Positions 12,201 through 23,849 of a DNA stretch of 64,000 nucleotides are shown here, one piece after another. The DNA is taken from positions 124,001 through 188,000 of the forward strand of contig JAQGDQ010000412.1 in NCBI GenBank assembly GCA_030141605.1, given 5' to 3'. Positions within the stretch are counted from its first letter, which is position 1. The number at the start of each line of letters is the position of its first letter. Source of the stretch: Tubiluchus corallicola. Its lineage: Eukaryota; Animalia; Priapulida. Below the pieces are notes generated by a model. That model worked only from the letters and a program-made list of their open reading frames with translations, was not told the DNA's origin and did no database searches. The position numbers were made by a program, and so were the translations under genes.

Positions 12201-12785
12201 TGTAATTTGTAGAACTTGTGTCTTATTGAGTTAATTAAATTATTTCCTGCATTTTTCAGTTGCAATTTTTGTTTATTGTCAATTTGCTGTTACAGTTCTC
12301 TAATGGTGCTCTAATGTTTGGGCAAGGATGTGAGTTACTTTTACTTAATTAAATAATTTTTGCAGTTTAGATTAGGTACTGGAATTAACTGTATATATGA
12401 AATGTGTTGCATTGTAATGGCAGCTTATTACTGTGTAATGTTACTTTATGTAATTTATTTGTGTGGTACTCATATTGAACAGGGTTTATTAACTTATTTA
12501 TAAACATTTTTTATTAATCTGCAGTGTGAACGTGAATTAGGCAGTTAATTTACTTAAGTAATCACAACATTAATAATTGTACTAACTAAAATTAAGCTGG
12601 AATTTTATATTAACATCTTTGCAAATGTACTAATTTAAAGTCATTATTTTCACAAAACGTGCAACAATTTATGCATTTACATTTATATATTTTTAGCAGA
12701 ATAAACAACTAATGTACACACTTATGTTTGGATTGCACTGTTTGCTCATTCTTGGTCCTTCTTGATGAAATGGATCATGCATGAT
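9293..12785 (+). mobile_element. Internally deleted BEL/Pao LTR retrotransposon
   Basis: Direct repeats starting TGTG..GGACAGTGCTGCCCTCT at 9293 and 12058, each ~650-730 bp, with a polypurine tract at 12036-12054. Broken integrase region shows BEL/Pao-type motifs (VGGRL...HPMILP, FNTPASSNHGGVWERMI, PLTPNHLL, RWRQVQ). No gag or RT is visible. Confidence 0.9.
10500..11990 (+). pseudogene. BEL/Pao integrase remnant
   Basis: Split across ORFs 10565, 10710, 11332 and 11762 by frameshifts and stops. Confidence 0.88.
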
Positions 12786-13099
12786 GTGCACATAAATATC
12801 TGGGTGTTTTTGTGTGTAACTGCGCATGTGCATGCACGGAGGTCTTGGTAGCATGACAAAATTAAGGGCCTCATAACTCTCAAGTCTATTGAAAACTCGA
12901 ATGAGCAATTTGATTTCGAAAAAAAAAATTTCAAAACTCAATTATCGAATGATTTATGAAACACCTCGTAACGGTGTGATAACAAAATATTTTATGAAGT
13001 TAATAATGCTAAGTAGATGGGTACGTGGAAACAATTTGAAACTCGCAGCTGCATTTTACTAACACGTATCATAAGAAGTTAGCAACTATCCTGTGTGAT

Positions 13100-13445
13100 G
13101 AACAGCAAGACCAAACATCCTCTTCCAGAAATCGAATTTGAAACAAATAGAATCTATGACTTTCGAACTCCAATCAAAACAAATTTCCATTGTCAAGATT
13201 TTCGAATAATTAAGAAAATTCGGTCACACAAGAAGGACTGCAATTATGTACTAATCGGTTTTAATCTGCAATAGAACATTGAAAATTGTGCACTGAAATC
13301 ACAACTAAATGTTCTGATAGTATGATGTTACAAAAGTTTTAGTGACGAAGCTGCATTTATTTGACGTGCTGCATCTATTATTTTAGTCTATGATTTCCAA
13401 CTAGAAAAACTCATTTGAGTTTGAATGTTCGATGCTTAAGCCTAT
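13100..13445 (+). mobile_element. Degenerate relative of the hAT-type MITE at 59482-59858
   Basis: aattgtgcactgaaatcacaactaaa...ttttagtga and gttcgatgct match the interior and end of the 59.5-kb element. Ends are approximate. Confidence 0.5.
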
Positions 13446-15656
13446 CCCGTGCTGGCCTTCATCTGCAGTTGTTAATTTGATAATAATTATTTATATTTTT
13501 AATTTTGTTTGGTGCACACATTTGTGCTTACATCTAATGCACCCAATCGCATTCTTTATGACATTTTTGAACGTAAGAGTCGTAATAAGAAACAGAAATT
13601 ATAATACGTGCCACTCTGTGGTGCAGCTGCACAGACTTTTCATATTGGAGCTACTAATTATGGAAGATATTGCACTAGCTGCATACTCCAAATTAACAAA
13701 AAAATTTGAAAGTAAGAGGATCTGTTTAGATACAAAATTAATAATCTTTGCTGCACTTGTGGAAACTGCTTGTGGAATAATAATAATTGTTATTATGAAA
13801 ATCAACTTAGCCATTTCGGCATGAACGCACTTTTTTGAAACAAAAATGCTTAACAATGCTTGTAGTAATTTAATTATTTATTCAGTTTAAATACATTTTA
13901 TAGTGAGTATGTAAGTAAGTAAATAATTTATTTCTCTCTGAATGTTACGAAATTAACATAAACAAAAGCAAAATACTAAAATAAAGATGAAAAAAGACGA
14001 GATGTTGAAAAGGTCAAGGGTCACCTAGTCAGTCATTCTTATCCAAATTGAAAAAAAATAAGTAACCTGTCAAGTAAGGTATGTGCAAATAAAAAATAAT
14101 CAACAACTTACCTAAGAAAATCAGGCAAAAAGTTCAAATGAGCTTAAATTTAGAAACAGTAAATAAATTTAGCAGTGAGAAGTGGCAAAATTTAAATTAG
14201 CTAACAAAACAGAAAATCTAAACTCAACAAAAACAAAACTAATAATTACATGTAAATCTGGAAACTCAATTCAACAGAAGAAGCAAAAAAAAATGAAGCC
14301 ATGTGAAGGAATGAGTAAATCATCACCAGGTCAAGTACCTCTATCCAAATTTAAAGGAAATTATATAACCTGACGACTAGTACAGACAAGGAAAATTATA
14401 ACAATCAACATTTTAGAAATAAAAAGAAAAACATGAAGATGAATAACTTGGGAGATATCAGGATAATGAATTCAATTCAGATGAGTTTATAATTAAGTGG
14501 CAACATAAATCAAGGAATGTGGCAAATGGTATGAAACAATATTTAAATTAACAAAATAGCAAAAACAAACTCTCTTGACAGACTTCATAGGAATAACCCC
14601 CCAAAAAAACTAATGCAGTATGTCAATTGTAGATTCATTGAACAAAATATAGCTCTAGTAAAAATAATGAAAATGGGTCAGCGATAAACAATAAGAATAA
14701 TGTTGATTTTTTTCCAGACTTTGTTGTGAACATTCAGTGAAATAGATGTCAAACTGAAAGATAACTAGGAGATAAATTCGAAACAAAGAATACAATTTTT
14801 TTTCTGAATTTCATTAACTAAATTGAATAGTTGTTGATTAAACAGAGGCGAAATTTTTTAACAGCAGTGTCCAATGTTTGGCAAGCTAAGATTTCATGAG
14901 ACTATTAAAAAGTTTTACACCATTCTGGTGTAGAGAGTTCAAGCCATTTTGAGCTTTGAACCTATTTTGAAAACCTTTTTTAGGATCTCGTGGAGTATGA
15001 ATGGGCTTCGTTTATTTTAAGAAGTAGTTCTTATATGAACTTTTCAAAGTGCCAGCTTTGTACGTGTACAGAAATTTAAAGAGTTCTAAACTATATATAT
15101 ATTAGACATGAGGGGAGTTAGCAGCCGAAATTCGTCTCTCAAGTCTCCTCCTGAGGACTCCAAAAAACCTGTATTTGTATTCTTGAAAATGACAGTTTTT
15201 TAGAGTTGAAACTCCCAATTGCAGTTAAAAACTTTAGAAAACTAAATTTAAAAAAATGAGTAGTCACTAGTCACTTAACTTGACCAATTGGGACTACTTT
15301 TCAACTAAAATTAGAGCAGTTTCTCGACCTTTTGAACCCAATGAAGCATTTCAAGTCGATTACAACTTTCAATCAATAATCAATCAAATACGCTCTTGCG
15401 TGAAACTATAATCAGAGTTCAATGAAAATCTTGAAGTTTCACGTTCTTTTGACTGCTTAGACTGCAGGCTTCGGTTGTACATTTTGCTTTAATACAATTT
15501 TTGCTGATCTTCCAGTCTGCTAGACTAACTCAGCCACACGCCATTTGGGTCAAAGAAATAATAACAACGGCGCTCACATGTGCGATATTTTCATGAACAA
15601 AGACATGATCTAGGTTGTCAGCAGTTTTATGCTTTCAATAAATTCCAGTAAAATGG

Positions 15657-15801
15657 ACCTATGAACTGGACGAATTCAGAAATAAAGAAGCCAAAACCAA
15701 ATTAGGTTCAAGTACACAATACTGAATTACCTATGAACTGGACGAATTCAGAAATAAAGAAGCCAAAACCAAATTAGGTTCAAGTACACAATACTGAATT
15801 A
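15657..15801. repeat. Perfect 72-bp tandem duplication
   Basis: acctatgaactggacgaattcag...tactgaatt occurs twice. Confidence 0.9.
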
Positions 15802-16589
15802 GGCGTAGATAATTGGTAAGTAGGGATATGCTCACAACATTGGATGTGAGTTCGTTCAAACTTCTTAATGTGTAATTAGTGCTATTTTTCGTAAAACAAA
15901 GGTTTTGCATCTTTTTAATAAACTAGTTATATAAAAAAGTAAAAGCTGAGAATCAAACCATGTGTTTTCGTTTAGTTTAATTCAAGATTACAGTTTTCAG
16001 TTATAAAATTTACAGCTATAAAATACGTTTGTTGTGAACAGAAAGCCTTCACTATTTGATTCATGCTCCAAAGTCGTTTATTCTAAACAGAATAATAAAA
16101 AGAACATTAACAAGTAAGAAAATGAATAAAATGATAAACTGAAGCTCAGTAAATACAAAGAAGTCAACTTATTGGCAAAGTACTTTCTCAAACTTGAGAG
16201 ATTGAATTCACAACTTAATTAAATTATTTAAATTGATGTAACTCACATCGTTGGCTCTTCGTCAAGATTTAAAATTTCTCAAGGTACAAAATTCGGTTAT
16301 GACTAAACGATGTTATTAAATGTAACACAATAATGACAAAAACATTGCTGTGATAAAAAACACGACCACCATTGTTCCCCTCCTGTCCTTTCCTCCTCAC
16401 TCGTAGAGGGCAGCACCTTCCAATACATAGGTGTCGTTATGCATATTGCCGTTACAACGTTCATTACGGAAAACACAAAACTTAGTGTGAGATTATGACT
16501 AAACGTTTGACACAATATGTAAACAAGTCTCTCTTACAGTATCTTTCCATTCGGGCCATTCCTAAGAGCTGCAATACGTTCTCACGTGG

Positions 16590-19444
16590 TCAGGAAGGAG
16601 CAGAGTTGGATATGGGCAGGTTCGTAGTCGCCATTCCATTGCTAAACTCCGTCCTTGGAACATTCCCAGAGGATGCAGCGGTCATCCAAACGGCCAGCGG
16701 CAATGAATACTTTAACTTGCTTTTTTCAACATCAGATGTTTGAATTCGCTTTGAAAAGCGTTCTTTGTACAAATGAAAGACATTACGATTGAAAGTGAGT
16801 GCAACAGCTATTGCCAACCCTTGCAGTGATGTGATCACTACGAAGATGTACCATACCACAACGTGGCCACTCAGCTGTGCCACAAAGCCAAACAACCAAA
16901 CAAATCCCAGTAAAAACGATAACTTAATTGCAAGCAACAGTTCGTGACTTCTTCTTACATTATGCCACTTTCCTCCGGCTTTCTCCATTCCCTTATTAGT
17001 TTGATGTATTCTCCTGAATGCTATGATAAAGAAGATAATGTTTAGACATAAAGTTACTGCAACAGGTAAAAGAAATGCCGTCACTAGAGCAGTTGGTTCC
17101 CCAATCCAGCAACTATTGCTGCCACCATATTTCACTGGAATGTGGAATCCGTATTCTAAGCACAAGCAAGTTGCCACAATCAGTGCAGGACAGGACCAAG
17201 CATAACAGGAATATTTTACAAATTTCTTGCTGTGGCATTCTGTTGTACTAGTGCCACTAGAGCTTCGCCATGTTCCAAATGTTCTGAGAATGTTAAAGGC
17301 CATTGTGTTCATCCAGAAAAAGCTGGCCAACCAGAAGTAATGATCAGTCACTGCCATTGCAATACAGATTCGCACGGATCGAGTGAGTGGACCAACGATT
17401 AGCACTAGATGTGCAGCAAAAAGAGAAGCCACTAGACACATGACAACTTTACCTGGAACAGTTCTCAAGGATGGAAAAAGACAGTAAGTGATAAACGTCC
17501 ACAAAAGGGCAACCAAGGAGATGATTCCTAACCCTAGGGTAACCTTGGCCTGGATGACGCTGTGCATGACAACAGACTTACTGGCTTCAGCACAAATAAC
17601 CACGCTGCCATTCCGGAATTCGAAATCTCCGTGAGATATGATATCATTTGTTAGTTGACTGACTAGCGAGTTATTCACCATTTTGTAGTCTGCACGTTTT
17701 AAAGCTACCTTTGGGCAAGTTTCGGGCAGGATGCTCTCGCACACAGTAACCTTAACTCTAACACTGAGGGATGTGTCATTTGAACTTGTTGGAAATTTGC
17801 TATTGATGTAGTCACCAGTAGAATTTCTTGGTGAACCGTTATACACAAATAGAAAGCTGAATAGAGTTTGTTCAATGTCAAATACGCTGGCTGTAGATTT
17901 AATCAAGAAACGTTTTTCTGATTCATTTACATGAAACAGCGTCGCATCATTTCCAGAATAACTCTTTGGTTTCCCAAAATTACAGCGGTATTGGTGGAAT
18001 GAAACGTAGTTCACAACTTGAACCATTGAGACATTCTGTTGAGCCGTAGTGAAATTCTTGTTGCTAAGAACGTCTTTTACATACGTCAATAGTGATGATT
18101 TAAAAGCTACAACGATAGCAACTTCATCATTTTCTACTTCAAACCGACTTTTAGGTGCCAGCCTGACGCGGAAGATATCTTCGGGAGCTAGACTCAAGAA
18201 CTTTGATGCAAATTCTTGTAAAGCAACAAAGTCAATTCTACTATCCCGGCTAATGTTTGTTACAATGAGAGCAAATAGTTTACCCATACGCCTTCGTAGG
18301 AAACTACTGCTGGGATGAAAGTACGTTTCGTTCTTTGGAAGTTGGCACCATTTATTGTCAACAAGTTCTAGACCACTATCGCACTGAAGATCTTTTGGGA
18401 TACATGCGTCATTGACATAATCCCATGCTTCGTGCATTGTGCAGTATGTGTGGTAGCCTGGATATAATACCTTATCTTCAAATTGGAAAGTGTTCTTTGA
18501 AAAATCAAATAGCATGCTGATGCTGGACTGTGTTGCCTGGCGTAATTGTGGCTTTTCTGAAGGTGTTGCAATGGTGGTGTGCCAAGGCTCATAAGGATAA
18601 AAGAGGTGAGTTCCAGGGGCATAAGTGGGTGGAACGTCAAACGGTGGTCGTAGGGAGAATTCCCGGTCTCTCGGCGCAGGAGAGACAAAACCTCCCCTAG
18701 GAGGAACAAGACAAGGCCTAATTTGTACGTCATTTTTTCCAGCACAAAGGGCACAATGACGATTTCTGAACCACTGTTCGTCATCACTGAATTTGTCAAC
18801 TATCCTTACTGGCCCAATGTAACTTCGGCACTGACTTCTGAAGAGGCCTTTGCAGTTCTCACGCATGCGTCCACGAAATCTTCCAAATTCGTGACAATGT
18901 CGAGGTCTCACCCCTTTTACTGGTCTAACAGTAAAGTTGCATTGTCTAAGCAGGTGATTTCTCTCACGTGGGCTGCGAGTTTGCATAGCTTTTAAGACGC
19001 TCTCTCGATCATCACAATCCAATGTTGCATTCCAGTGAACAATGTCATCAAACCTGTAACCATGACAACGAGCGCAATATCCGTTTCTGAAGGTCACATT
19101 GTTGTGAGCTGTCACTGGTAATCTTGCATGAAAGTCATCTTTTCCATCATCTGTTACATTTTCACATTTGCGCCTGATGCGGTCACTTCCACGCCACCCT
19201 CGAGGACAATGGCTAACCATTGAAACAGCATTTTTCCGGCTGTCGTATTTCTTACACACTGAGTTGACAGCAGTGTCTGGTGGTGGGGGTGGACTCCAGT
19301 CCGGTCTGCACAGTTGCACGTAGTCATGGCAACAGTCTCCATGGATGTGGCACTGATCATCGCAACCACAGTTTCCCGGGTTCTCTTTTGTCTCGTTACA
19401 ACGATCTCTGCACGTGTACTCTGGACAGATCAACAAAGATATGT
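16590..19444 (-). CDS. Main coding exon of a family-B/adhesion-like (Methuselah-like) 7TM GPCR with an N-terminal somatomedin-B domain
   Basis: 948-aa ORF. SMB motif CRDRC...CGCDDQC...GDCCHDY...C, two FRN.xCA.C repeats, and seven hydrophobic segments with family-B motifs (HYFWLASFFWM, YSCYAW, CWI, LLGFVWLFG, SLQG). Phase-1 acceptor TTTCAG at 19445-19450. Confidence 0.93.
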
Positions 19445-19911
19445 CTGAAATAGTGACAAGAAGGAGCTTTATATGTATTTTTGAAAGAAACAGGAGTATT
19501 TACACAATTGCAGACTGATTTTTTTTTGTTTTACAACAGCAGTGGTAAAACGTCACTACGGAAAGCTTTCACTTTTTAAACTGTGATTACTTAGTTAAAT
19601 TTCAAATATGGTCCACTATAAAATTAAGTAGTCTTAAACATTTTTTTCATATATGTTTCATGCACCAAAGAAACAATTAGCAGGCAAAAGTCTAGGAACC
19701 GGAGCCCTTTCCATTCTAGTAATTACGTTCATTTGTAATTACCGTGTTTCAATGACTTCATGGTTTAGTTGGATTAATGTTATGCTGCTTGCCATGACCT
19801 TAAATGCAAGTCCAAACAGAAGTGGTGTTGATGTCCCCGTAGCATTGTCTAGTTATTTGGTGGATTACTTTGTGTTTACCTGTCTTGAGCACGGAGTTCC
19901 TTTATTTTAGA

Positions 19912-22165
19912 ATTCTACCTACCCATGTCTACAATAGACACAGCAGACATATGATGATGATTCTGCCTACCCATGTTTACAATAGATGCAACGGACATAT
20001 GATGAAAATTCTGCCTATCCTTGTCTACAGTAGACGCAACTGACATATGATGATGATTCTGCCTACCCATGTCTACAATAGATGCAACTGACATATGATG
20101 AAAATTATGCCTATCCTTGTCTACAATAGATGCAACGGACATATGATGAAAATTCTGCCTATCCTTGTCTACAATCGACAGAGCAGACATATGATGATGA
20201 TTCTGCCTACCCATGTCTACAATAGATGCAACGGGCATATGATGAAAATTCTGCCTATCCTTGTCTACAATAGATGCAACTGACATATGATGATGATTCT
20301 GTCTACCCACGTCTACAATAGATGCAACTGGCATATGATGATGATTCTACCTACCCATGTTTACAATAGATGCAACGGACATATGATGAAAATTCTGCCT
20401 ATCCTTGTCTACAATAGACGCAACTGACATATGATGATGATTCTGTCTACCCACGTCTACAATAGATGCAACTGACATATGATGATGATTCTGTCTACCC
20501 ACGTCTACAATAGATGCAACTGGCATATGATGATGATTCTGCCTACCCATGTCTACAATAGATGCAACTGGCATATGATGATGATTCTACCTACCCATGT
20601 TTACAATAGATGCAACGGACATATGATGAAAATTCTGCCTATCCTTGTCTACAATAGACGCAACTGACATATGATGATGATTCTGTCTACCCACGTCTAC
20701 AATAGATGCAACTGACATATGATGATGATTCTGCCTACCCATGTCTACAATAGATGCAACGGGCATATGATGATGATTCTCCCTACCCACGTCTACAATA
20801 GATGCAACGGGCATATGATGATGATTCTGCCTACCCACGTCTACAATAGATGCAACGGGCATATGATGATGATTCTGCCTACCCATGTCTACAATAGATG
20901 CAACGGGCATATGATGATGATTCTGCCTACCCACGTCTACAATAGATGCAACGGGCATATGATAATGATTCTGCCTACCCATGTCTACACTAGATGCAAC
21001 GGGCATATGATGATGATTCTGCCTACCCATGTCTACAATAGATGCAACGGGCATATGATGATGATTCTCCCTACACACGTCTACAATAGATGCAACGGGC
21101 ATATGATGATGATTCTCCCTACCCACGTCTAAAATAGACGCAACTGACATATGATGATGATTCTGCCTACCCATGTCTACAATAGATGCAACGGGCATAT
21201 CATGATGATTCTGCCTACCCACGTCTACAATAGATGCAACGGGCATATGATGATGATTCTGCCTACCCACGTCTACAATAGATGCAACGGGCATATGATG
21301 ATGATTCTGCCTACCCACGTCTTCAATAGATGCAACGGGCATATGATAATGATTCTGCCTACCCATGTTTACAATAGATGCAACGGACATATGATGAAAA
21401 TTCTGCCTATCCTTGTCTACAATAGACGCAACTGACATATGATGATGATTCTGTCTACCCACGTCTACAATAGATGCAACTGACATATGATGATGATTCT
21501 GCCTACCCATGTCTACAATAGATGCAACGGGCATATGATGATGATTCTCCCTACCCACGTCTACAATAGATGCAACGGGCATATGATGATGATTCTGCCT
21601 ACCCACGTCTACAATAGATGCAACTGACATATGATGATGATTCTGCCTACCCATGTCTACAATAGATGCAACGGGCATATGATGATGATTCTGCCTACCC
21701 ACGTCTACAATAGATGCAACGGGCATATGATAATGATTCTGCCTACCCATGTCTACACTAGATGCAACGGGCATATGATGATGATTCTGCCTACCCATGT
21801 CTACAATAGATGCAACGGGCATATCATGATGATTCTGCCTACCCACGTCTACAATAGATGCAACGGGCATATGATGATGATTCTGCCTACCCACGTCTAC
21901 ACTAGATGCAACGGGCATATGATGATGATTCTGCCTACCCATGTCTACAATAGATGCAACGGGCATATCATGATGATTCTGCCTACCCACGTCTACAATA
22001 GATGCAACGGGCATATGATGATGATTCTGCCTACCCACGTCTACAATAGATGCAACGGGCATATGATGATGATTCTGCCTACCCACGTCTTCAATAGATG
22101 CAACGGGCATATGATAATGATTCTGCCTACCCACGTCTACAATAGAAGCAACGGGCATATGATGA
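19912..22165. repeat. 48-bp minisatellite, about 47 copies, inside the GPCR intron
   Basis: Unit atatgatgatgattctgcctacccatgtctacaatagatgcaacgggc; on the minus strand it reads MPVASIVDVGRQNHHH. Confidence 0.97.
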
Positions 22166-22335
22166 TGATGATGATGACGAAGCACCAAAGCATCATACGC
22201 AAGCAACATCATGTTCAGCTTAATGTCTGCTGGAGTGTGGAAAAGCCGATTAAGCCCAGAAACCCAACAGAATGTAATAGCGGTTTATGGTAAACTTGCT
22301 TTTAATTTTTTCCACTTGCATTTAAAAGTACTCAC

Positions 22336-22411
22336 CTCTTTTTTGTCCAAAGACTAGTATTGCGGATATATTTATGCAAATTAGAAACCAATAAACAGGC
22401 AACTTAAGCAT
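22336..22411 (-). CDS. Signal-peptide exon of the GPCR
   Basis: ATG at 22411 gives MLKLPVYWFLICINISAILVFGQKR plus one G, then a strong GTGAGT donor. Phase 1 matches the main-exon acceptor (G|AC = Asp). An upstream acceptor CTGCAG at 22451-22456 implies a further 5' UTR exon. Confidence 0.8.
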
Positions 22412-22569
22412 TTTCACTTGTTAGACTGTGAAGCTGAGCTTACATTGTTGCTGCAGGTATAAGGCTAATAACCTGAAATTAAGCAGATCAAGGTTTCAAT
22501 ATCGAGCAAGCAAAAATAATATTAGCACGTAAATCAGATTTGACCTATCTGCAAAAATTAGTTCGCATC

Positions 22570-22806
22570 ACCGTCATATTATCGTCATCGTCATCATTAT
22601 CGTTATCATCATGATCATGACCATCATCACCATCGTCGTCGTGGTCATCATCATCATTGTCGTCGTCACTGTCGTGGTCGTCATCATATTCATCATCAAC
22701 TTCGTCGTCATCATCATCGTCGTCGCCGTCATCATCATCATCGTCGACATCGTCATCAACGTCATCATTGTGAACCTCATTATCACCGTTATCATTGTTG
22801 TTATCA
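22570..22806. repeat. Degenerate (ATC/GTC)n microsatellite
   Basis: Trinucleotide low complexity. Confidence 0.9.
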
Positions 22807-23849
22807 TAAACGCTAGAGCATCACACTAAAATTTACTCCCTTAGATACTGCAGTTACATGATTACATTTGGCTCCATGCAGACTCCATAAAATTGGCTCC
22901 ACGTGTTTTTCGTGGTACCATCTTCCACTGCACTCTTGCACGTTGTCTCTGATTGCCCGGATTTAGTTTATGACGTCTGCCACAGCTTTGCCACTATAAT
23001 CCTATGAATCATAACCTTCTTCAAGTGTGTTATATCCAAATATCACAATTCTGTCTACAAGAAAATGCAGTCCTAACAGATTCAGTCAGTTGGCTTCCTA
23101 GCCCAAACAAGGTGTTGTGGCGGTTTCTGTGTACTTAACCTTATTTAATAAGCAGCTGTATTGAGATTAAAGCAAATATTTAATCATTGTGATCAAACAA
23201 TCAGGGTTAGCAACGGTTGCATAATCACCTGGCACACTACTGAACAACAAAGCAGCGATTCCTTAACCTTTTCATACCCGCTGTATCCTGTGGGATACGA
23301 GAATATTTTCTGCCTTTAAAATTAATAAAATTTTAAAACTGACAGTCATTTGATCTGTTAATAGTTATTTTGATTTAAGCCAATAACAAGAGACTAAAAT
23401 GGTAATAAAATGGCAAACTAGAAAATCTACATAGCATAAAAAACTGCGCAAGGTACAATACTTTAGAGATGACTTTGTACAGATCAGGATAGCATGCATA
23501 CTAAATGTCTTAAATACTTTAAAAAATTATCAGCAGTTGCAAAATGAAGCACATTTTTTGCTTCCATTGAATCTCAATGTATCCCGTGGGATACAGGCTA
23601 TATTTAGCACGCGAGCACAGGTCGAAAAAAATTATTATGTGTAAACAAGATGGACATACTGAACAAAAGTACCAAATCAAAAAAATTTTTCTTATTAAAA
23701 AAATAATTTGGGACTGAAAGGGTTAAATGTCAAGCGATTTGAGAAGTTAGTTTTATTTCAATGTTCGAGAAAAATGTTAGAAAGATTAAGTAATAAAAAC
23801 AGTTCAGTGTATGGCAGCAAAACGATAAGGAAATTTATCTCTTTACACC

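Noticed and set aside
4-19444. EGF exons as the ectodomain of the GPCR (EGF-TM7 type)
   Set aside because: Opposite strands in convergent orientation, and the GPCR has its own signal exon.
20719-22293. Plus-strand MMMILPTHVYNRCNGH repeat ORFs
   Set aside because: Opposite-strand reading of the minisatellite, frequently interrupted by stops, with no splice context.
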